Of a stretch of DNA of 64,000 bases, positions 50,707-58,552 are shown one piece after another. Below the pieces are notes generated by a model, which saw only the letters and a program-made list of their open reading frames with translations, did not search any database and was not told the DNA's origin. A program made the position numbers and the translations under genes. This DNA comes from an uncultured Clostridia bacterium (GTDB taxonomy: Bacteria > Bacillota > Clostridia > TANB77 > CAG-508): the NCBI GenBank assembly GCA_934141445.1, contig CAKPCF010000003.1:34196-98195 (forward strand), written 5' to 3'. Position 1 is the first letter of the stretch, and each line of letters opens with the position of its first letter.

Positions 50707-51930
50707 TTAATCAATTTCATTTGCTCTACGTTCTTTTTCTAAATTATATAGTGCATCTTCTGTTGAAACTAATGTTATTTTTCCCTCTGTAATATATCTT
50801 TTAGTTGTAGCTGTAAAATAATAATTTGAATACAACTTTATTCCTATTGGATTGTTATTTTCTATATCAATCATTACTCCTATAGCTGGATATGATAGAT
50901 GTAATCTTCCACTATCAGCATCATATTCAAACTCTTCATAACTTTGCCATAATGCTGTTACCTGTTTTACAAATAAATCTAAATTTCTATTTTGAATATA
51001 ATCACTTAAATATGTTTCAAATTTTGTATGTTCATAATAGCTATATCCATAAGCAGAAATTTCATCTTCATAAACAAATACATATAAATCTTTAGTTCTA
51101 TATCCAAGCATTCCTTCTGAAACACTACCAAAAGCATTATCAGGATATTCAGTTTTTACAACCTTTAAAGCTGTACCAACTTTTATATCATGTAATACAT
51201 TTTCTTCAAAATTTGATAAGAATACAATATTTCTAACTTTTCCAGCAGAAACTCTTGCTTTAATAGTTCTATTCAAATAATAATTATATCTCTCATCAGC
51301 TGTACTTCCTTCAGAGTTTCCAAAATCACTTGAAATAAACATATTATTGTTAACTAATTTAAGAAGAATATTATATGTAGTTGGTATTGACTGATATTTA
51401 GCTATTTCGGTATTTTTTTCTACTTCAACATATAAATCACCATCTAATTTATCAAAATAATTATTTTGGTTATTTATTTTATATGATAATTCCCCTTTTT
51501 CCAAATCGCAATTTATTTCTATCTGTATGTCTTTGTTAGAATCATATAAGTAAAATCTAGTTACAGATAATTTTTTTGAGCAAGCATTTATTAAACTTTC
51601 AAAATACTCTCTATTATTTGTTCCATCTTCATTATATAGATTTTTACCAAAATACAAATAAATTGCTTCTGTTGGTGACTTTACTTCTTTAATAAAAACA
51701 CAGCCATAGTCTTCTAATAAAGTTTTCATATTGCTATATGTAGCACTATTATCATAAACAGAATTTTCTAAATCTTGTTTATTTACTTGTTGATTTTCCA
51801 GTTTCTGTTTATTCTCTTCTTTTCTTATAATTACCAATAAAATAGAGGCTAATATAAATAGTATTATAAAACTAACTATAATAATTATTTTTATTACTTT
51901 GTCTGTTTTCATATACTTTTTATATTTCAC
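50707..51930 (-). CDS. N-terminally anchored extracytoplasmic protein, paralogue of 49151-50695
   Basis: One TM (IIIIVSFIILFILASILLVII); shared blocks as listed for the 514-aa neighbour. Confidence 0.5.
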   Translation of the reverse strand: MKYKKYMKTDKVIKIIIIVSFIILFILASILLVIIRKEENKQKLENQQVNKQDLENSVYDNSATYSNMKTLLEDYGCVFIKEVKSPTEAIYLYFGKNLYNEDGTNNREYFESLINACSKKLSVTRFYLYDSNKDIQIEINCDLEKGELSYKINNQNNYFDKLDGDLYVEVEKNTEIAKYQSIPTTYNILLKLVNNNMFISSDFGNSEGSTADERYNYYLNRTIKARVSAGKVRNIVFLSNFEENVLHDIKVGTALKVVKTEYPDNAFGSVSEGMLGYRTKDLYVFVYEDEISAYGYSYYEHTKFETYLSDYIQNRNLDLFVKQVTALWQSYEEFEYDADSGRLHLSYPAIGVMIDIENNNPIGIKLYSNYYFTATTKRYITEGKITLVSTEDALYNLEKERRANEID

Positions 51931-51942
51931 CTCCTACATTAT

Positions 51943-53211
51943 TTAATGTTTTCCTTTAGGTTTTCCAATAGCATTCAAGTGATCTATTGTTTTACTATTA
52001 TTTAATCCAAATATATTTCTTACCATTTTTTCAGCTGATGGTATTGCCATAAAGAATAACAATCCAAACATTGGAGCAAACTTTACAATTTCTCCTGCTG
52101 TAAATGCAAATATTATATATAAAATTGCATGTATTGGTTGAATAAATATATGTATAATCAATTCTTTAAACCAAGCACTAAATGCCTGTGCTTTATTATC
52201 TCCCATTTTATCAATTGGATATGTTACTGTTATAAATGGAGATATAACTATTAGGAATCCTAGCATAATTGTTCTTTTCATATACAATAAGAAAAATCTT
52301 AAATGTGAAAACGCAACACACCAAAGCATTAAAGTTAATATCATAAGCTGACTACCAGAAGATGTAAATAGCTTAACCATTAAATTATTTACAAAATCTT
52401 GCTCAAAGCTTTCTGCACCTGCAGAACTTATTGCAATTTTTATTTTATATGTTATATCTACTAATAATTTTCCTAGTACCATTATTGCTTGAATAATGTA
52501 TTGTAACATAAATAATATGATTATTGATTCAACCCATGCTATAAGCATCTTTTTATATTTTGCTCTATCTGAAGCTACTGTTGACATTGCCATTCTAATT
52601 CCAACATAAATTAAAACTAGTAATGAAATTGCAAGTGACAATATTCTAGCTATATAGAACCATTTAGCAACATTTTCTTTTATACTAATCATAAATGTTG
52701 GCACTGGAACATTAGTATCTTCAGCATCACTTACTCCACCAAAAAAATTATATTTTTTTACCGTATCACTAAAATCAAAATAATCGATATTAAATAATCC
52801 AATTTCATTAAATACTGTTTTTTCTATAGTAAATGAAAACTTATTTTGCGAAGTATTTAATGTATTTAAAATATCTGTACCACTAGCACTAACAACTGTT
52901 AATAAAATTTCTGATGTAAGTGGTATTATATTAAGTAGCATACACACAATTCCTAATACAGCATTTAAAGCAGAACCTGTTGCTGAAAATATGTCAAAAT
53001 TTTGTGTTTTCCCTGTTCTTGGATCAGATGTACTACCTTCATACACTAAATCATTTATCATGTTATTACTATATGCCATATTCTGCTGTCCAACTTTTGG
53101 AATTTTACTTGTTGCAGCATCTGTTTCAGCAGTTTCAGCATAGCAATAACTAGTAAATATGAAATTAAACAATATTAGCACACATATAAGTGACCATAAT
53201 ATTCGTTTCAT
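51943..53211 (-). CDS. VirB6/TrbL-like polytopic membrane protein (paralogue A, minimal form)
   Basis: Signal peptide, extracytoplasmic N-domain, core motif VAKWFYIARILSLAISLLVLIYVGIRMAMSTVASDRAKYKKMLIAW, further TM helices and the block YPIDKMGDNKAQAFSAWFKE (compare YSIDKIGDQRAQALNTWMKE in the 887-aa protein). Confidence 0.55.
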   Translation of the reverse strand: MKRILWSLICVLILFNFIFTSYCYAETAETDAATSKIPKVGQQNMAYSNNMINDLVYEGSTSDPRTGKTQNFDIFSATGSALNAVLGIVCMLLNIIPLTSEILLTVVSASGTDILNTLNTSQNKFSFTIEKTVFNEIGLFNIDYFDFSDTVKKYNFFGGVSDAEDTNVPVPTFMISIKENVAKWFYIARILSLAISLLVLIYVGIRMAMSTVASDRAKYKKMLIAWVESIIILFMLQYIIQAIMVLGKLLVDITYKIKIAISSAGAESFEQDFVNNLMVKLFTSSGSQLMILTLMLWCVAFSHLRFFLLYMKRTIMLGFLIVISPFITVTYPIDKMGDNKAQAFSAWFKELIIHIFIQPIHAILYIIFAFTAGEIVKFAPMFGLLFFMAIPSAEKMVRNIFGLNNSKTIDHLNAIGKPKGKH

Positions 53212-53229
53212 AGCTTTCTCTTTCTTTTA

Positions 53230-55221
53230 TTATTGTTTTTCTGCTTCTTTTCTTGCTTTTTCTAGTGCTGCTTGTTTGCTTAAGTTTGTTTCCATAAATT
53301 CAAATTCTTTCTTTGTTGGTTGAATTGCAAGAATTGCTGAATCTCCACCAACTCTAAGAAGTCCTTCACCTCTACTACATGTAATTAAGAAACTAGCTTC
53401 ACCTTCACTAAGTTTGAAAACTTCTCTTAGGTATTCTATTTCTGATTTATCTTGTGCTAAAAATAATTTTGTTTCTGAAGAAGTTAAAACCGCTTGAACC
53501 TCTTTTTTCTCATAGAAATCTTGGAATTTCTGTGAAATTACTGCTAAAGATACATTTCTTTTTCTGGCTCTTCTGGCCATTGTATTTAAGAAATCTACAG
53601 CTTCTGGATATGGTAATAACATCCAAGCCTCATCAACAAGAACTCTCTTTTTAGCAGCTTTAGCTTTATCTTCACTATTTTTCTTTACATATTTTTCCCA
53701 AACCCATGAAAGCATTATTTGTTGTGCCAAAGGTCTAGCAAATCTTTCTTCTAGTTGAGAAATATCAATATTTATAAATGGCATTCCTTCTGATAATTCA
53801 AAAGTTGATTGTCCATCAAAATAAGCCATTTGACCTTGATATTCTCTTGTATACTGTTTCATAACTTTAACTAAATAACTATAGTGGAAACGATAATCTT
53901 GGTTAGTATTTTCTTCCGCTTTTCTACAAATTCTTCTATACCATGAACCTATTGTAGGCATTTGCTTTTTAGTTCTACCTAAATAATTTGAATTTACTTC
54001 AAATCTTCTATGGTCATCTTTTACATATAAACTTTCTACATTATCTGTTATTCCTAAAGCTGCATATTCTTCTAAAACAGCTTCTGAAATAATCTGTTTT
54101 GTAAGTTCGTTTACTTCTTGGCTTCTTGTACTACCTCTTGCCATTGTTAGCAAACCTTGTGTAACGTCCTCTACTTTATTTTCAACACTTAAGATTGTTC
54201 TTTCTTTTCCTGTTATTTCGTCTTTAATATTTTCGGGCTCTATATCAAATAAGTTAATAATTGTTTTTGAAGTTGGACTTAAAACAACATTAACTCCACC
54301 AAGAGCTTCTGCAACAGCACCATACTCACCTTCAGCATCTAGTGCCAAACTATCAATTCCCATTAGAATTGATGAACGAGCTGTAATTGTTTTTATAGTA
54401 ACAGATTTACCAGCACCAGACTTACCAAAAATAACCATATTATAATTTGTTAATTTTGAACTAAAATTATCATACAATATTGGTAATCCTGTTTGTTTAT
54501 TAAATCCTAAAGGTATTCCATTTTCATGTCCAACATCTGATGTAAAGAATGGGAATACAGTTGACATAGCACGTCTATCAAAAGTATGTGACTTTGAAAT
54601 TTTATTGTCTACAAAAGGCATATTTGACCTAAATGCTTCATCTTGCATTGCCCAAGCTGGTTTTACATCTATTAAGTTCTTTGACATTTCACTTGATAAA
54701 AGTTCTGTATATTTTTCTAGCTCATCCATACTGTAAGCAAATATAGTTGCAATTATTGATGAATCAAAAAGCTTATTAAAACCTGCTGCAATAGCATCTC
54801 TTAATTGTTCTGCTTCTTCTCTTTTTTGAGCTAATATTCTCTCTCTGTTTATATCACCTCTATCTAAGGCAACAATTCTTTCAGATTCAATTTCATTGAT
54901 TGTTCTATTTAAATCTGTTTGTGAACTCGCTTCACTAATAGGATTGATAAATACAGACACATTTAAATCACCAAAAGTATACATACCTCTCAAAAATTCT
55001 GGGAATGTACACATTCTTGGTAAATTTGCAACTATCATACTTCTCGCATATCTGGTTCTTGATGAAGCTATTTCTATATGATTTGTATAACTTGCATCAA
55101 TTCCACCTGGAGCAATCAAACTTTTTATATTATTTTCATTTTTCTTGAATACGCTTTTAGCTTCTTCATTTTTTGATGCATCTAATCCCATTGATTCATC
55201 TGTTTTTTTACTTGATAACAT
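53230..55221 (-). CDS. VirB4-family T4SS ATPase
   Basis: 663 aa. Walker A FGKSGAGKSVT, Walker B KRVLVDEAWMLL and the downstream ...LAVISQKFQDF block. The N-terminal domain pattern IAPGGIDASYTNHIEI...RYARSMIVANLPR is typical of VirB4/TrsE/ConE-type proteins. Confidence 0.85.
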   Translation of the reverse strand: MLSSKKTDESMGLDASKNEEAKSVFKKNENNIKSLIAPGGIDASYTNHIEIASSRTRYARSMIVANLPRMCTFPEFLRGMYTFGDLNVSVFINPISEASSQTDLNRTINEIESERIVALDRGDINRERILAQKREEAEQLRDAIAAGFNKLFDSSIIATIFAYSMDELEKYTELLSSEMSKNLIDVKPAWAMQDEAFRSNMPFVDNKISKSHTFDRRAMSTVFPFFTSDVGHENGIPLGFNKQTGLPILYDNFSSKLTNYNMVIFGKSGAGKSVTIKTITARSSILMGIDSLALDAEGEYGAVAEALGGVNVVLSPTSKTIINLFDIEPENIKDEITGKERTILSVENKVEDVTQGLLTMARGSTRSQEVNELTKQIISEAVLEEYAALGITDNVESLYVKDDHRRFEVNSNYLGRTKKQMPTIGSWYRRICRKAEENTNQDYRFHYSYLVKVMKQYTREYQGQMAYFDGQSTFELSEGMPFINIDISQLEERFARPLAQQIMLSWVWEKYVKKNSEDKAKAAKKRVLVDEAWMLLPYPEAVDFLNTMARRARKRNVSLAVISQKFQDFYEKKEVQAVLTSSETKLFLAQDKSEIEYLREVFKLSEGEASFLITCSRGEGLLRVGGDSAILAIQPTKKEFEFMETNLSKQAALEKARKEAEKQ

Positions 55222-55237
55222 CTTTTTTCCTCCTTCT

Positions 55238-56503
55238 TTAGTTTTCTGAAGTTCTTCTTCTAACTATTTTCTTTTTTGGAGCTTCAATTTTTTTAGCCTC
55301 ATCTGCATTTATTTCAGGAGTATTATTCTTTTGTTTTTCATCTATTGTTTTTTCTACTTCTTTTTTAGCTAGTTTATAAACTTTTGGGTCTAATTGATTT
55401 TCATAAGTATCTAATAATTCCAAAGCTTTTTCTTTTACTTTTTGGTCTTTATTTAATTGTCTTGATAATTCTTCTTGTTGTTTCATTTTATCAGCTTTTA
55501 AAATACTATCTGTTGCAATATCTATTGCTTCAAGATTTATTTCTCTATCCATCTTTTCTTGTTTCTTCTGTAATACATCTTTTCCTGAACTATATAAAGC
55601 ATCATATTGAGCATCTAAAGCTTTAGATAATTGTAATAATTCTGCTTCATCTCTGTTGTAAGCAATATATAATAATTCTGCTAATTCTTCTGAATCTAAT
55701 ATTTTGCTTGTAACTTGTGATGTTGCTAAAGCACTAGCAATATTTTGACATCTTGTATATAATTCTGAGAAACACATATTATAAATTTCTTCTTTTGTAT
55801 AATTTCCAAGTCCTCCACCTATTTCAGCAGAATAATAAGAAACTACTACATAAGTCTTTTGTTGAAGTACATTTCTATTTGAACTTAATTTTTCAACATA
55901 ATCTGTAATGTTAATACCATATTCTAAAACATTTACTTTTCTTTTTCGCTCAAATTGTAATTTTTCAACTAAAGATCTATTTCCTTGTGCTTTTGCTTGT
56001 GCAATTCTTGCATCTAATTTATCAATATCTTCTGATAAATTATTTACTCTATCTTTATATGTAGCAATTATATCTCTTAAATTTAAAGTTCTACTTTGAA
56101 TATATAATTGAATTGGAAATCTCAATGTATTTAAGAATTGTACAAATCCCTCTTCAACTGCAATCTTTTCCTGCTCACTCATTAAGTCATAGTTTACACC
56201 ATTACATTGAAGAACCATTATAAATTGTGTTCCATTTTTTCTTACAATCATGTTATCAACAATTTCATCAAATTCCATAAATTTATAGATTGATTCTGTT
56301 GTCAACTCACCTTGAAATCTACCATAATTGTCGATTTTTTTCTCTTTTTCTTTTGTTCCATCTTCTTCAGAATCACTAGTAGCAATTTGACTTTCTTTTT
56401 TAGCTTTTGGTCTTAATAAGTATATATACAATGCTATTAGTAAGAACATTATAAAAAATATGATAAAAATCAACATTTGTAACATAGGAATCATACTATC
56501 CAT
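55238..56503 (-). CDS. TM-anchored protein with a VirB4 N-terminal-domain-like segment and coiled-coil tail
   Basis: N-terminal TM. The segment IVDNMIVRKNGTQFIMVLQCNGVNYDLMSEQEKIAVEEGFVQFLNTLRFPIQLYIQSR resembles, from memory, the N-terminal domain of Gram-positive VirB4 homologues. No Walker motifs. Its ATG abuts the stop of the upstream gene (TAAATG). Confidence 0.35.
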   Translation of the reverse strand: MDSMIPMLQMLIFIIFFIMFLLIALYIYLLRPKAKKESQIATSDSEEDGTKEKEKKIDNYGRFQGELTTESIYKFMEFDEIVDNMIVRKNGTQFIMVLQCNGVNYDLMSEQEKIAVEEGFVQFLNTLRFPIQLYIQSRTLNLRDIIATYKDRVNNLSEDIDKLDARIAQAKAQGNRSLVEKLQFERKRKVNVLEYGINITDYVEKLSSNRNVLQQKTYVVVSYYSAEIGGGLGNYTKEEIYNMCFSELYTRCQNIASALATSQVTSKILDSEELAELLYIAYNRDEAELLQLSKALDAQYDALYSSGKDVLQKKQEKMDREINLEAIDIATDSILKADKMKQQEELSRQLNKDQKVKEKALELLDTYENQLDPKVYKLAKKEVEKTIDEKQKNNTPEINADEAKKIEAPKKKIVRRRTSEN

Positions 56504-56839
56504 TTATTTTTCCTCCTTTGTATAACTGTAAATCTTTCTATTTTTCTTAAATTTGAAATATCTAATAATAATTTCACTTAATGGTTCTCCACCTATTTTT
56601 TTAGTAATTGGAATACTTACTATAGTTGGTATTTTAACTGCGCCAACTATATATCCCAAAACACCACAAAGAGCTGTTATGATTAAGCCCACAGTTTTCA
56701 TATTTAGTACCATAAAAATTAGTAAAAATACTGAGCCTATAACAGCACCTATTGCAGTTGAAATTAAAGATTTTACAGTAAATATATATAAGAATCTTGT
56801 TTCTCCTTTATAATTACGAGGTATATAATATGTTCCCAT
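56504..56839 (-). CDS. PrgI/VirB3-like small 2-TM protein
   Basis: 111 aa. YIPRNYKGETRFLYIFTVKSL is followed by two TM helices and a basic tail. Its position directly upstream of the VirB4-type genes is as in Gram-positive T4SS loci. Confidence 0.55.
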   Translation of the reverse strand: MGTYYIPRNYKGETRFLYIFTVKSLISTAIGAVIGSVFLLIFMVLNMKTVGLIITALCGVLGYIVGAVKIPTIVSIPITKKIGGEPLSEIIIRYFKFKKNRKIYSYTKEEK

Positions 56840-56881
56840 ACATTTCTCCTTTGTTTAATAATTTTATTAAAACTTTTTATT

Positions 56882-57274
56882 TTAGAATTTTTCTACAATT
56901 GAAATAACTATCTTCCAAATGAAATATGCTCCAAAAATAACAAACCCTGATACAAGTAAACCAATTAGTTGTTGCTTTAATTTAGCTTGACCTTCTGGAG
57001 TAGCAGTAATATATTTAATTCCCATATATAAAGTAACTGCAACTAAAATACCAGCACCAATAGTTGTTAAAATAGAACCTAAGTCAACTAAATCTTCAAA
57101 AATATTTGCTCCATTTACATTACCTGCTCCAGTTTGCCCTTTATTCAAAAAAGTTTGTGTTTGGTTTTGCATCTCACTTAATGTTAGAGCTTCTACTTTT
57201 GATGTATTTACTAATGATAAACTTATTATAAAAAATGCTATCAATGTAATTAAAACTTTTTTTGTTATTCTCAT
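56882..57274 (-). CDS. VirB2/TrbC-like pilin-type protein, paralogue P1 (divergent; first gene of the long operon)
   Basis: Signal peptide ending VEA, a variable segment, then a two-helix hairpin LGSILTTIGAGILVAVTLYMGIKYITATPEGQAKLKQQLIGLLVSGFVIFGAYFIW. Confidence 0.6.
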   Translation of the reverse strand: MRITKKVLITLIAFFIISLSLVNTSKVEALTLSEMQNQTQTFLNKGQTGAGNVNGANIFEDLVDLGSILTTIGAGILVAVTLYMGIKYITATPEGQAKLKQQLIGLLVSGFVIFGAYFIWKIVISIVEKF

Positions 57275-57318
57275 TATTGTTCCTCCACATATTATTTCAT
57301 TTAGACAATTATAATTTT

Positions 57319-57347
57319 ATTATAAAGAATTATTGTACATTTTTCAA
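57319..57347 (-). promoter_or_regulatory. sigma-A-type promoter of P1 and the long T4SS-like operon
   Basis: Minus strand TTGAAA (complement of 57342-57347), exactly 17 nt, TATAAT (complement of 57319-57324). Confidence 0.6.
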
Positions 57348-57507
57348 CAGATTTCAAGTAAAATATATATTTTTAATCGAAATGTAATATAGTTTTTTTG
57401 TAATATTTTTGTTAATTTTAAATACTAATTTTTATTTTCTTACGCATACCTAAAAAATTTTTTAATAAAGAATAATTTCATATTTAATTCATAAAAAATA
57501 TTATACG

Positions 57508-57539
57508 AAAAAAGATATGTTAATTAAAACATATCTTTT
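57508..57539 (-). terminator. probable terminator after P2
   Basis: Stem aaagatatgtt(57511-57521)/aacatatcttt(57528-57538) with a 6-nt loop; a short U-tract follows on the minus-strand RNA. Confidence 0.45.
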
Positions 57540-57543
57540 GAAT

Positions 57544-57924
57544 CTAATCTTGATTTCCTAAAACTCCATTTGTAAAATTAGCAACTAAGGCAACTAAATT
57601 CACACCAGCAAATAGTAAAATACAACCAATTACAATTGGCATTGCTTTATTTTTTATAGTAGCTTTTTCTTCAACACTTGATACCATATATTTAGCTCCA
57701 AGTATTGTAACCGTAATAACTGCAATTGCTGTACCACCTAATTGTAGATATCCAATAATATCATTTAAAATTGCATTTACACCTGTATTCGTGCCACCAC
57801 TAGTATCTAACTTTGATACATTCTTCATTGACTCAAGGTCTAATTCAAATCCTGCTGCATTTACATTTACAGCATATATCAAGATAAAAAATATTGTTAA
57901 TGTAATTACAAATATTTTTTTCAT
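57544..57924 (-). CDS. VirB2/TrbC-like pilin-type protein, paralogue P2 (divergent)
   Basis: Signal peptide ending VNA, a variable region, then the hairpin GGTAIAVITVTILGAKYMVSSVEEKATIKNKAMPIVIGCILLFAGVNLV. Confidence 0.6.
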   Translation of the reverse strand: MKKIFVITLTIFFILIYAVNVNAAGFELDLESMKNVSKLDTSGGTNTGVNAILNDIIGYLQLGGTAIAVITVTILGAKYMVSSVEEKATIKNKAMPIVIGCILLFAGVNLVALVANFTNGVLGNQD

Positions 57925-57953
57925 AATCTATCATTCCTTTCTTAAGTTATATT

Positions 57954-58337
57954 CTATTCAACTTTTATGCTATTGTCTGCAAAATCTCTTATTATTGTTA
58001 CTAGGAAACTAGCTCCCATCATTACGACAGCACCTATAACATATACTGTTGCACCTTTTTTGATTTCTGCTCTATCATTTGGAGATGAAACCATATATTT
58101 AATTGCAAGAACTGTTAACATTATAATAGCAATTGCAGCTGTTGCAATTCTTACGGCATCAAGTATTCCAGCAAATAAATTTGTAACTTCATTACTTCCT
58201 TGTAAATTAGATCCACTTGAACCACCAAAACTACTAGTAATCTCAGAACCACTTACAGCAAAAACTTGTGAAAAAATTGCAAATATAAATAAACTTATTA
58301 CTAATAAAATACTTATTTTTCTTATATATTTTTTCAT
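57954..58337 (-). CDS. VirB2/TrbC-like pilin-type protein, paralogue P3
   Basis: Signal peptide ending VFA, an S/G-rich variable segment, then the conserved AIAIIMLTVLAIKYMVSSPNDRAEIKKGATVYVIGAVVMMGA. Confidence 0.62.
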   Translation of the reverse strand: MKKYIRKISILLVISLFIFAIFSQVFAVSGSEITSSFGGSSGSNLQGSNEVTNLFAGILDAVRIATAAIAIIMLTVLAIKYMVSSPNDRAEIKKGATVYVIGAVVMMGASFLVTIIRDFADNSIKVE

Positions 58338-58399
58338 ATAAAATCATTCCCTTCATTTTAATATAAGGTTAGATATTTCCTTTATACACTATTAAATTT

Positions 58400-58428
58400 A
58401 TTATAAACTATTTAAATATTTTTTTCAA
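58400..58428 (-). promoter_or_regulatory. sigma-A-type promoter of the P3-P2 unit
   Basis: Minus strand TTGAAA (complement of 58423-58428), 17 nt, TATAAT (complement of 58400-58405). Confidence 0.6.
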
Positions 58429-58516
58429 CATCAGAATTTAAAATTTATCAAAACCTTTTCTTTTACTGCGTTTTTCTACATATTTTTTATTTTCATAACA
58501 TATATGTCATTTTATA

Positions 58517-58525
58517 TGGTATAAT
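58517..58525 (+). promoter_or_regulatory. extended -10 promoter element for the plus-strand membrane-protein gene
   Basis: TGgTATAAT at 58517-58525, 27 nt upstream of the ATG, with a GGAGG RBS at about 58542-58546. No good -35 element. Confidence 0.45.
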
Positions 58526-58552
58526 AACTAAAAATTTATTTGGAGGTTTACA

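Noticed and set aside
31886-53211. A prophage-tail interpretation of the block (giant lysin-domain proteins, tape-measure-like low-complexity and coiled-coil proteins).
   Set aside because: No terminase, portal, capsid, tail-tube or integrase-like ORFs are present. The block is contiguous with a VirB4-type ATPase, a PrgI-like protein and pilin-type genes, which fits a T4SS-derived apparatus better.
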